Notes: a model not told the origin generated them from the letters alone. Positions 39,127-47,203 are shown, numbered from the stretch's first letter. The stretch: 47,203 bases of DNA from Rhodanobacter sp. (GCA_035605895.1 DATNGL010000249.1:1-47203); one strand, 5' to 3'. A program made the numbers and translations.

Positions 39127-39150
39127 GCCACCTAACACAAGATAGGCCGC
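39127..39150 (-). other. attI-like primary insertion site
   Basis: Minus strand GCGGCCTATC-TTGT-G/TTAGGTGGC; core site without an attC hairpin at the array end. Confidence 0.6.
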
Positions 39151-39224
39151 CAATCGTCGCATAAGCACCCTGCGAGGTTGTCGAGGTGGGGCGGGGCAAT
39201 GAAAACAGAGAGGCGGTAAACCGA

Positions 39225-39557
39225 ATGACCCAGAGTACGCATATCGTGGATGCAGATAAGCGATTCACCGAAACCGAGGCGGCCGATCGTCTTGGCATCA
39301 GCAAGGCGTCGCTCATGCGTGAGCGGATCGCTGGGCGCATCCATCCCTATCGCATCGGCCAGCGCATCATCCGCTACACCGACGCCATCTTGAATGAGTA
39401 TCTGGAGTCATGCAGGAACGTATCGGAGAAATCGGTGACTACTGGCTCACCAAACGGCCAGGCTCCGCGCAATGGTGCCGAACGTGGTACGACGCCAACA
39501 CTCGGCAGACGCGACGCGCATCACTTGGCACAGACGATCTTCAAGCGGCCAAAGTAG
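39225..39557 (+). CDS. xis: Excisionase/HTH recombination directionality factor
   Basis: FTETEAADRLGISKASL...YRIGQRIIRY; overlaps the int start. Confidence 0.8.
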   Translation: MTQSTHIVDADKRFTETEAADRLGISKASLMRERIAGRIHPYRIGQRIIRYTDAILNEYLESCRNVSEKSVTTGSPNGQAPRNGAERGTTPTLGRRDAHHLAQTIFKRPK

Positions 39558-40495
39558 CGCTGTGGGAGTGGTTCGCGAAGTACGGTCGCGTTGGCAAGCA
39601 ACAGGCCGCTGAGACGTCGCTTGAACTGGTGCTGGTGCGGTACTACCAGCAGCACGCCGAAGCGTTGCCGTCGGCAGAGATGGCCCGTGTAGCTCTCGGC
39701 TATTGGTCAGACTTTTTCAGCGGCGCTACGGTGTCCGAAGTCACGCCAGCACGGCAGCGCGAGTTTATGGAATGGCTGAAGGCGAGGCGCGAGACGCCAC
39801 TATCCGATGGGTATATCAAGCGCGTACTCACGGTGGGCAAGTCGGCGCTGAACCGCGCGTACAAGGAAGGCGAGATTGATACCGTGCCGTTCGTCATTCC
39901 GGGCCGAGATGGCATGGCGCGCGAACAAATCCTGTCCGTCGCTGAATCCATCGCACTGTGGAATGCGGCCGAAGCCCCTCATGAACGGATGTACCTCGCG
40001 CTGGCATATTGCACGCTGGCCCGTCCCGAGGCGATCCTTGGCATGCACCGATCATTCGCTGACCTGGACCGGCGAACGCTGAACCAAAATCCGCCCGGGC
40101 GCCGACAGACGAAGAAACACCGACCCGTGGTGCCGATCTGTGATTTCCTGCTGCCATGCATCAAGCATGCGGACGATGGGCCGCTGGTGCAGTGGCGCGG
40201 GCGCGAGATTGCCAGCTTCAAGACAGCGTGGCGCAAAATGCGGGCCGCTGCGGGCCTTGCACCCGACACTGTGCCCAAGGTCATCCGACATACGATGGCG
40301 ACGCACCTGCGCGCGTCTGGCGTGGATGCGGCCGAGATACAGGGCATGCTCGGCCACAATGCGTACAGCGGCAAGACGGAAGTGTATGCGCGGTATCAGC
40401 CGGACTTTCTGAGCCATGCCGCCGCAGCCATCGACGGGTACATGAACGCGTTGCGTGTTAGTTGCGTGCTAGAAAACACAAAGGCCGCCCGTTGA
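39410..40495 (+). CDS. int: Tyrosine integrase, prophage type
   Basis: LARPEA (R), TKK (K), KVIRH, LGH, EVYARY; N-terminal arm-binding-like domain; adjacent to attP. Confidence 0.92.
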   Translation: MQERIGEIGDYWLTKRPGSAQWCRTWYDANTRQTRRASLGTDDLQAAKVALWEWFAKYGRVGKQQAAETSLELVLVRYYQQHAEALPSAEMARVALGYWSDFFSGATVSEVTPARQREFMEWLKARRETPLSDGYIKRVLTVGKSALNRAYKEGEIDTVPFVIPGRDGMAREQILSVAESIALWNAAEAPHERMYLALAYCTLARPEAILGMHRSFADLDRRTLNQNPPGRRQTKKHRPVVPICDFLLPCIKHADDGPLVQWRGREIASFKTAWRKMRAAAGLAPDTVPKVIRHTMATHLRASGVDAAEIQGMLGHNAYSGKTEVYARYQPDFLSHAAAAIDGYMNALRVSCVLENTKAAR

Positions 40496-40670
40496 AGGCG
40501 ATCTAAGTGATTGATACAATTGGTGGGCGGTACAAGGATCGAACTTGTGACCCCTACCATGTCAAGGTGCGGGAAGATCAAGGAATACAGGTGTTTACGG
40601 TTTCTCGGCGCCGCTTTGGATTACGTAGGAATGCGGCTTGCGACGCCAGTGCGTTTCAGTTGCGTGTTAG
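40450..40670. repeat. Integrase arm-type repeats GTTGCGTG(T/C)TAG flanking the core
   Basis: Tandem copies at 40450-40472 and a third copy at 40659-40670. Confidence 0.65.
40521..40568 (-). other. attP core, 3' part of tRNA-Val(GAC)
   Basis: Minus strand ACCTTGACATGGTAGGGGTCACAAGTTCGATCCTTGTACCGCCCACCA: anticodon arm, T arm and CCA; no 5' half. Confidence 0.88.
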
Positions 40671-40828
40671 GCGCGTTGAGCGAAAATGCCCCGACCATCG
40701 GCCCGCGCCTGATCGCACGTCGGCTCCATGCCTGACTATCGCCGGATGAGGCCTGACGGCCGGGGCGAGACCATTTTCGTGGCGTCAGGAAAATGGCGCT
40801 GTCGGCGCAGGATGATCGTGGCGTCAGG

Positions 40829-42040
40829 TCAGCCCGTGCGCGCGATGGCCCAGTGCACGTTCGCATTGGCGGGCGCAGGCGTATCGAACGCCACGCTGAA
40901 CCCCGTGGTCGACTTGGACGTGATCGCGAAGCGCGTGAACCAGGTCGGCGTGAGCTGGATGGCGTAGTTGCGATCTGGCTCTGCGGGCCACTCAAAGTTG
41001 ACCGTCGCCGTCGTGGCGCCCAAAGCGACAGGCTGGATGCCGGCGACGTTCGACCCCGGCTTCGTGCCCAGGCCGCCGATCGAGCGCGTGGGGAATGCGC
41101 CGCCGTTCGTCGAGACGCAGAAGAGCCTGCCGCCGTTCGTGATGGGATCGGGCTGGGCGTTGTCCTGCGCGTAGCCGAAGATGAAGTTGTCGTTGGCGTG
41201 TTCATCCTGCTCGTAGCCCAGCACGCTGGCCTGCAGGTGGTGGAACTCGGTGCTGATCGGGAAGCCGCCGTACTCGTTCTTGAGATAGACGCCGCGCACG
41301 CCAGTCCCGGCCGTGAAGATGTAGGTCTGGATCAGGACGTTGTTGTCAGAATGGCCCACTATCAGGCCGTAGGACCCAGCCCCGCCGAATTCGATCCGCG
41401 TCATCGAGAACACGTTGTGGCAGGTATTGCAGGCCGCTCCGGAGCCGGTCAAGTGCACACCAATGGAGCCGGACTGGTTCGAGCTGACATGCACCCGGTG
41501 GAACTCGTTGAACATGCAATTGGCGACAAGCGCCGGGTCCGGATCGAGCAGCAACCCGGAGCCGGTGAAGTTGTGCATGTACAGGTCGGACACTTTCATG
41601 CCCAGCACGGATCGCATCCGCAGGCCCGTGGTGGCGATGCCGCCGCACTCCAACACCAGCCCCTCAATGGAGCCGCCTGCGCTCGCCTGCGCGATGGTGA
41701 TCATCGGCGCCGGGGCGCCCGCGTACAGCAGGCGGCTGATGGAGCTGGCCGGCATGCCGCCGTAGGCGAAGTCACCGCTGCCCGCGCCCTCCATGCGGAT
41801 CGTGCCGGGTATCGTGAGCGCGCCGCAGAGCATGTCGCCCGGCGGCAGGATCAGCTTGCGATAGCTCGCGCATGCCTCATTGATCGCCGCCTGCAGCGCC
41901 GCCGTGTTGTCGGTGACGCCGTCCGGGATCACGCCGAAGTCGTACTGCGCGTCGATCCATCGTGGCGGGTTGTCGAGCGGCGTATCTGCGGCGGCCGGCG
42001 CGGGAGCGGGCGCTGGAGCAATCCTGATGGGCGGGATCAT
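40829..42040 (-). CDS. Tailspike/depolymerase-like beta-helix protein
   Basis: DFGVIPDGVTDNTAALQAAIN...LILPPG pectate-lyase-3-like N-terminus; ATG 42040 overlaps the fibre stop. Confidence 0.75.
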   Translation of the reverse strand: MIPPIRIAPAPAPAPAAADTPLDNPPRWIDAQYDFGVIPDGVTDNTAALQAAINEACASYRKLILPPGDMLCGALTIPGTIRMEGAGSGDFAYGGMPASSISRLLYAGAPAPMITIAQASAGGSIEGLVLECGGIATTGLRMRSVLGMKVSDLYMHNFTGSGLLLDPDPALVANCMFNEFHRVHVSSNQSGSIGVHLTGSGAACNTCHNVFSMTRIEFGGAGSYGLIVGHSDNNVLIQTYIFTAGTGVRGVYLKNEYGGFPISTEFHHLQASVLGYEQDEHANDNFIFGYAQDNAQPDPITNGGRLFCVSTNGGAFPTRSIGGLGTKPGSNVAGIQPVALGATTATVNFEWPAEPDRNYAIQLTPTWFTRFAITSKSTTGFSVAFDTPAPANANVHWAIARTG

Positions 42041-42975
42041 GCGTATTCTTCGATGAATAGGAAGCCGCTGTTGCCCGCACCGCCCGCCGAAAATGAATTG
42101 GAGGCAGCGGTAAAGGTGCCGTTGCCGCCTGCGCCGAACCCTTGTGCCGAACCGCCGAACGACGAATTCGAGAAGCCGGAGGCATTCACAGTATTGGACA
42201 GCGCGACATTGCCGCCACCTGCTGGAGTGGTACCGATCGACCAGACCGTTGAACCGCCCGCGCCAACCGTGGGATTGGTGATGGTCGTGGGACCTGCGGA
42301 ATTGTATGGCGCGGCCGCAGGAGTGACAGCCAACGAACCCTTGCCACCGGGCAGCGTCAGCAAACTGCCGAGGACGGTGTTGCCGCCATTGCCCCCTGCC
42401 GCACCATTGGTGACACCGGCGAGGCCGCCGCCGCCGATGGTGACCGTCTGGGTGCCGGAGATGCCGGTAAACCAGAATTCGCCAGCTGCCGCCGATTGGC
42501 CGAAGGCAGTCGCCGAGCAGACACCCGCTCCACTGGTCGTGCTCGCCGCCCCGCCGCCGCCGCCACCGGTCCCCCGAATACGCCATTTCGTGGCGCCCAC
42601 CGCAGGGGTCCACGAGCCCGATGATGTGTATTTGACGGTGTTCACCAATCGCCCGGAGCCTGCGCCTTGGTAAAAGCCTTGCATCTGGCCAGCCGTTGGT
42701 CCGCTGAACACCACGTCACCCGTCGACCATGAAAGCGCCGTCGTGCTTTCCTGGGCGCGCATGACCGTCAGCGTGGCTCCGGTAATGGCCGTAGCGTACA
42801 AAATTTCAAATACGGCATGTGTCGCCTGGTCATTCAGGGTGATCACCAGCACCGATCCCGCAGGAATGGACGATGGAAGCCCTGCCGTGCTTGAAAGCGT
42901 GATCGTCGTATCGCCCGAAGAGACGGGCGATGCAAGTTGCGTGCTGATGTTGTTGGCAAAGACAAAAGTAGTCAT
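42037..42975 (-). CDS. Tail fibre protein with glycine-rich C-terminal domain
   Basis: N-terminal FANN..TQLA baseplate-anchor region; YTSSGSWTP..GGGGGG domain. Confidence 0.78.
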   Translation of the reverse strand: MTTFVFANNISTQLASPVSSGDTTITLSSTAGLPSSIPAGSVLVITLNDQATHAVFEILYATAITGATLTVMRAQESTTALSWSTGDVVFSGPTAGQMQGFYQGAGSGRLVNTVKYTSSGSWTPAVGATKWRIRGTGGGGGGAASTTSGAGVCSATAFGQSAAAGEFWFTGISGTQTVTIGGGGLAGVTNGAAGGNGGNTVLGSLLTLPGGKGSLAVTPAAAPYNSAGPTTITNPTVGAGGSTVWSIGTTPAGGGNVALSNTVNASGFSNSSFGGSAQGFGAGGNGTFTAASNSFSAGGAGNSGFLFIEEYA

Positions 42976-42984
42976 ATGGCGACC

Positions 42985-43878
42985 TTATGAAATGGCGATC
43001 TGTCCAGCGTTGTTCCAGAGCTGGCCGGTATTGGACGGATTGGAGAGCGGAAGATTTCCACCGCCAAGCGCCAGCAAATAGGCCGGTGACGTCGTGGCAT
43101 AAAACAAAGGGGCGGCTGACGCATCGGGCGTGATGCCAGAAACAACCTGGATGCTTCCGCTGTTGTACCAGACGGCCCCAGCGGACAACCCGGAAGAGGA
43201 CGTCGGATATCCGTTGGCCACATCCATGTGAAGCACGCCGGAAGCATTGGTAAATGCGTCGGTGGCGATGTTCAGCGTGTAAAGGAACGGGAATGCCAGA
43301 GACTCATTCCCATAGCACAGATGGAAATTGGTAACGTCCGTGCTTGGCGCGAGCAAGACATAGAACGTTGTTCCAAGTACATCAATGCTCGGCTGCGCAT
43401 CAAGGATGGCAGATGGCGCAAAAGGCGTCGGGCTCAAGAATCGCGCAATGCGGTTCTTGAGCCATTGAAGATTGAAAACCTGACCATCGCCACGGTAGAG
43501 GTGCCACGTCAGAACTCGCCGATACAGCGAATCGCTTGCGATGTAGGACGTACCGCTGGAAGAGTAAATCAGCGCATTGTAGGCGATGGTGTTGTACGGG
43601 ACCGTGTTGTAACCGGCCGTCAGTGACGAGGTTTGCGTGGAAAGCACAGGACGAGGAATGCCGTACAGTCCAATGCCGACCCAATCAAGCAGCGCGCCGC
43701 TTATCGTGGCGTTGTTGTAGACCCCCAGTGGCGTCCCATTGAACCAGTCAAGGTATCCTTGCGCGTAGCTGTTGTATGCCGCCACGAAAGCCTGCAGGTC
43801 AGCATCGTCCGCATATTCCGCGTACAGATACGAGGGCGATACGTCCAGCAGCGGCGGCGAAGAAAACGACTCGTTCAT
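42985..43878 (-). CDS. Baseplate wedge protein (DUF2612/gpI-like)
   Basis: GALLDWVGIGLYGIPRP; follows baseplate J. Confidence 0.72.
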   Translation of the reverse strand: MNESFSSPPLLDVSPSYLYAEYADDADLQAFVAAYNSYAQGYLDWFNGTPLGVYNNATISGALLDWVGIGLYGIPRPVLSTQTSSLTAGYNTVPYNTIAYNALIYSSSGTSYIASDSLYRRVLTWHLYRGDGQVFNLQWLKNRIARFLSPTPFAPSAILDAQPSIDVLGTTFYVLLAPSTDVTNFHLCYGNESLAFPFLYTLNIATDAFTNASGVLHMDVANGYPTSSSGLSAGAVWYNSGSIQVVSGITPDASAAPLFYATTSPAYLLALGGGNLPLSNPSNTGQLWNNAGQIAIS

Positions 43879-45299
43879 GCTTGCGACACCGTGACGGCCG
43901 TCGCCGACGCGCTGAAATAGCTTTCCGGGTCACTGGTGATGATGCTGGTCCCTGCCGAGGGCGAGGTGACGACACCGTTGATGGTCACGGTGAATGTAAG
44001 CGTCGTGATATTGATTGCGTCGATGATGTCGCTGGTGGCCTCTTGAAAGACGGCCGTCATTTCCAGCATATTGATCGGCTGACCGACCACGATGCTGTTG
44101 ATGTAGGACTGCAGCGCCGGGGCGGCCGATTGGTTGACCGATGCGCCAGCCGTGAAATTGGGAAGCGTGGTATTCCACAGGACCGACATCAAGACAACTT
44201 GGGCCGGAGGGTTGACGTAGGTCAGGTTGTAGATGTTGGGATTCTGGAAAATCGACACGCCTACGTTTCTAGGATTCGGCGTAAGCTTCGCGCCGCCCGT
44301 ATAGGTGCCGAATCCACTTCCGTTTGTGGTTGTCGTGAACGTCTTGGCCGTCACCGAGGCGATGGTGTAGGTCACGTTGAATCCGCTGGGTGTCGCTCCC
44401 TTGACAACAACCGTCTGACCTACTGCATAGCCGTGATTGAGATTCGTTGTCACCACGACGGGATTGGCGTTCGTCATGCCGGTAATCGCCAGTTGCGATC
44501 CGGTCAGGAGCGCGATGTCACCCGCGCCCTGCAACATGGCAAGCCCTACCTGATAGGGATCGCCGCCGCCGCAAATGACCTGCCAGCCTCCAGAAACCTG
44601 GTTGATGGAGACGCGATTCGACTGGACGCCAATGATGGCCTGCAGCAAAGTCAACAGGTAGGCAGGCGTTCCCACGGACGCCACGCGGCCGGCTTGCAAT
44701 ATCCGCGATCGGTAGCTTTCGACGCTTTCGGCAGATTCCGTCGGGGTTCCCGCTTGGGGGTTGTTCACCGCCATGGTGTAGGCCGCGTCGACCGAGGTAA
44801 CGATTTGCGTCACCGTGTTAGCCGGAATGGCGAAACTGTCGCTTACCGTGCAGACGGCAAAGAGTGGCGAACTGACTCCGGACGTTGGAATGACTCCGCC
44901 GTCTTGCAGCGCATATTGATGCGTACCGTCGCTTACCAGGAATCCCGGCGACAGCACATATCCGGCCGATCCCGTGAACACCACCAGGACGGAAGCGTTC
45001 GACGGCGCGCCCAAGGAAAGCCCGAATTGAACGCCCAGTTGATTGAGTACGGCGACATTGGCGCCGTAGGGGGATACCGAATTGATCGCATCCACGCGCG
45101 CTTGGTCGATCATCGCCAGGGACGAGGTGTCCGTGGAAAGGATGTCCTCAACCAGTGAGCCGGGGAGATTGGCGGTATAGCCTGGATTGGTGGACGCAAC
45201 GGCATTCAGGATGTCTTGTCGAAGAGTCGCCGCTGGTGTTGCCACGGGGCCATTGGCGTCGATGACGACAGGGATGGGCGTTCCAGGAATCAGGGTCAT
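43875..45299 (-). CDS. Baseplate J-like protein
   Basis: LNQLG, VVFTG and AESVESYRSRI motifs. Confidence 0.82.
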   Translation of the reverse strand: MTLIPGTPIPVVIDANGPVATPAATLRQDILNAVASTNPGYTANLPGSLVEDILSTDTSSLAMIDQARVDAINSVSPYGANVAVLNQLGVQFGLSLGAPSNASVLVVFTGSAGYVLSPGFLVSDGTHQYALQDGGVIPTSGVSSPLFAVCTVSDSFAIPANTVTQIVTSVDAAYTMAVNNPQAGTPTESAESVESYRSRILQAGRVASVGTPAYLLTLLQAIIGVQSNRVSINQVSGGWQVICGGGDPYQVGLAMLQGAGDIALLTGSQLAITGMTNANPVVVTTNLNHGYAVGQTVVVKGATPSGFNVTYTIASVTAKTFTTTTNGSGFGTYTGGAKLTPNPRNVGVSIFQNPNIYNLTYVNPPAQVVLMSVLWNTTLPNFTAGASVNQSAAPALQSYINSIVVGQPINMLEMTAVFQEATSDIIDAINITTLTFTVTINGVVTSPSAGTSIITSDPESYFSASATAVTVSQA

Positions 45300-45643
45300 G
45301 TGGCAATCGCCGTGGTGAGCAAGGCGCCGCTATGCGTAATGGCGGTGACTTGATAGGTAGGAGGGTTGGATGAGGCGAGCCGATTGACGATCAGAGACGC
45401 AAAAAAAGGCGCATAAAGCGCCTGCATCTGCAACATGTAGTAATCGGGAAGCACCTGGGTCACGACGGTCTGATATTGCGGGATGCCGACGTTTGCATAG
45501 AACGGCGATTCGCCCAGATTCAGCTTGATGGCCTGCACCAATGACGTGAGATAAACCGCGTCGTTCAGGCCATTGGCGTCTGTCGTAACCTCGATCCATG
45601 TCGGGTTTCCATTTTCGTCGTAGATGCGGCCGTAGGTCCTCAT
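45296..45643 (-). CDS. Baseplate wedge/sheath initiator (gp25/gp46-like)
   Basis: LNLGESPFYANVGIP; between spike and J. Confidence 0.7.
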   Translation of the reverse strand: MRTYGRIYDENGNPTWIEVTTDANGLNDAVYLTSLVQAIKLNLGESPFYANVGIPQYQTVVTQVLPDYYMLQMQALYAPFFASLIVNRLASSNPPTYQVTAITHSGALLTTAIAT

Positions 45644-46284
45644 ACCGGCGGCCCCGACGTGCCACCGCCGGGAAGGACGCCACTATGCTTATGGGCCTCC
45701 CACAGTTTTCCGTCCAGCGTGATGCCCGATCCATTGATGACCAAGCTGATTCCGCCTGCGGTCAGCGTGATGCTTGAACTGTTCATGACGATGGTGGTTG
45801 ATCCGAAAGTAAGCGTGGTTCCGCTCTGATTGATGACGGCGCTGCTTGTGGTGCCTTGCGTCGTCTGCGCGATGACTCCTTCCGGACCCTGAACAATGGC
45901 GGCGTTGCCATTGGACGGCGCAGAGGATTTGCTGCTGACGGGAACAAAGACCAGAGCGGCAAGATTGCCGGGCTGCGTCAGGTTGGCCGTTCCGCCCTGT
46001 CCCGTGATCCCGTCAAGATAAACATCGGCCGGCATGGTGACGCCCAAGTCCCCGACTTGCGTCGGCATCCGTATCCAGTTGCTTTCTGCCTTGGGGATGG
46101 TGATCTGTGGCAAGGTGTAAGGTGCCGAGTCCATCTCGAAAGACACGGTAACCAGCGCGCCATAGATGGCGGTAACCCGGCACGGAAGCGCTCGACCCAG
46201 GCGCTGAACCATCTGTTGCGCACGTCGCGTCGCGCCTTCATTCAGGGTCTGCTGAACCCATAACTTGTCGTAGTTATGCGCCAC
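45640..46284 (-). CDS. Baseplate central spike
   Basis: OB-fold-like N-terminus, beta-repeat region, C-terminal HKHSGV..GGGTSGPP metal-binding apex. Confidence 0.82.
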   Translation of the reverse strand: MAHNYDKLWVQQTLNEGATRRAQQMVQRLGRALPCRVTAIYGALVTVSFEMDSAPYTLPQITIPKAESNWIRMPTQVGDLGVTMPADVYLDGITGQGGTANLTQPGNLAALVFVPVSSKSSAPSNGNAAIVQGPEGVIAQTTQGTTSSAVINQSGTTLTFGSTTIVMNSSSITLTAGGISLVINGSGITLDGKLWEAHKHSGVLPGGGTSGPPV

Positions 46285-47203
46285 TGGCGGAATCCGGGAT
46301 GACGTTGAACACGGTGCACCAGTCCCCGGCATCGCTAGACCTGAAATGTCCGAGATGGCGAAGGGCGATCACTTGAAATTGACCTTGAAACGTGGACTGA
46401 TATTTCATGCTCGACGGTAGCGATCCAGACTGCGTAGTAACGAATCCCGGCACGTTTTGCATGCCCTGCGGCATGCGCAACAGCGATCCAATTTGCAGAT
46501 CCGCGCGCATGACGGTCTTGATCTGCATTGTTCCCGGTTCAATCCACGTCGGTTGGCCGATCAGGTCGGTGAACACCAGCTGCACGGGGGACGGCTTGTA
46601 CGTCGTGGTGTCGTAAACCAGCAGTTGGCCGGTCTGCATCGCGATATGGACGGTCTGCTTGAAAAGCCCCTGCGTGGTGTCGGCGACGTACTGCGCCATT
46701 TCGTCCAGCGTGCCGGCGAAATGCGGCCGCCCCGTCGATGGCACGTACTGATCGCCGATGTTCATCTGCACGGGGATGTTCGGATAGGCGACGTTGAACG
46801 TGTTCTTGAGCGCCGTAGCCAGCGACATGCCCGGCTGCCAGTCCAACACCAGGTTGCCCGGGTTGTCTGTCGTGTAGATCGGCGCGTACAGCATGAAGTC
46901 CAGCGTCATGTCCGTCCCGACCCAGTTGGCGTAGGACTGGAAAATCTGCGCCTGCACGATCAGGCCCGCTTGCGCCGGGTTGTTCAGCGGCAACCCGGCT
47001 TGCATACCCCCTTTCATGGTCAGGTTCTGGCCGGCGAACTGCTGCGCCTGGCTCAGGTTGTCCAGCGAGATGCCGTGGATCGTGATCGTCTGGCCACCGA
47101 TCGGAATACCCGCCTGCGTCACTGGCAGGTCGAACTCGATATCCAGTGCCGACGCGTTGAACTGGCCCTGCGGGTGCGACTGGAAGGTGAGCGAAGGCTT
47201 GCC
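46274..47203 (-). CDS. Baseplate hub-like protein, 3' part (starts at 180 across the junction)
   Basis: DLIGQPTWI motif; upstream of spike. Confidence 0.72.
   Translation of the reverse strand, partial: GKPSLTFQSHPQGQFNASALDIEFDLPVTQAGIPIGGQTITIHGISLDNLSQAQQFAGQNLTMKGGMQAGLPLNNPAQAGLIVQAQIFQSYANWVGTDMTLDFMLYAPIYTTDNPGNLVLDWQPGMSLATALKNTFNVAYPNIPVQMNIGDQYVPSTGRPHFAGTLDEMAQYVADTTQGLFKQTVHIAMQTGQLLVYDTTTYKPSPVQLVFTDLIGQPTWIEPGTMQIKTVMRADLQIGSLLRMPQGMQNVPGFVTTQSGSLPSSMKYQSTFQGQFQVIALRHLGHFRSSDAGDWCTVFNVIPDSASGA
47063..47203. repeat. Terminal direct repeat, copy 2
   Basis: Identical to 1-141. Confidence 0.95.

Larger units (their letters stand above)
1..47062. mobile_element. Complete temperate tailed phage with contractile tail, in circular/excised form
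   Basis: Full complement of head, tail, lysis, replication, immunity and integration modules; intact attP; no host genes. Confidence 0.93.

Noticed and set aside
37916..39136. CRISPR array or REP/terminator interpretation of the 56-bp repeats
   Set aside because: Intervening segments are 200-350 bp and each holds a whole ORF; no cas genes; no U-tracts; the box structure matches attC
39410..40495. Integrase as an integron integrase (IntI)
   Set aside because: No visible IntI-specific insertion; it has an arm-binding-like N-terminus, an overlapping xis and an adjacent tRNA-derived attP. An HMM test is still advisable.
40521..40568. Functional tRNA-Val gene
   Set aside because: The 5' acceptor strand and D arm are missing; it fits an attP core
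40829..42975. Diversity-generating retroelement or invertible tail-fibre system
   Set aside because: No reverse transcriptase, invertase or template/variable repeat pair seen

Overview
The window is an apparently complete, circular temperate phage genome of about 47,062 bp. Positions 1-141 are repeated exactly at 47063-47203, and one baseplate gene reads through that junction. The layout is lambdoid. A divergent cI/cro switch with five TAGG-N4-CCTA operators sits at 27.8-28.6 kb. The minus-strand arm carries a replication initiator, DnaB, a VRR-NUC nuclease, Q, pR'/tR', tRNA-Gly(UCC), lysis genes including a lipase, terminases, portal, a Nudix-fused head protease/scaffold, capsid, and a contractile tail with baseplate, fibre and tailspike. 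The plus-strand early arm carries many small genes, ERF plus exonuclease, xis and a tyrosine integrase, and ends at an intact attP (3' half of tRNA-Val(GAC)). The most striking element is at 37.9-39.15 kb: four 56-bp integron attC sites delimit four single-gene cassettes with cassette-specific complementary ends. They are inserted into a site that reconstructs to a dyad (attI-like), every ORF is antisense to canonical cassette polarity, and the phage encodes no integron integrase. This suggests a phage cassette array serviced by a host IntI. Other oddities are a 36x Cys-X-X repeat protein, a gene flanked by direct repeats next to cro, and an antisense moron in the head module. Protein family calls come from motif recognition and synteny only; no searches were run.
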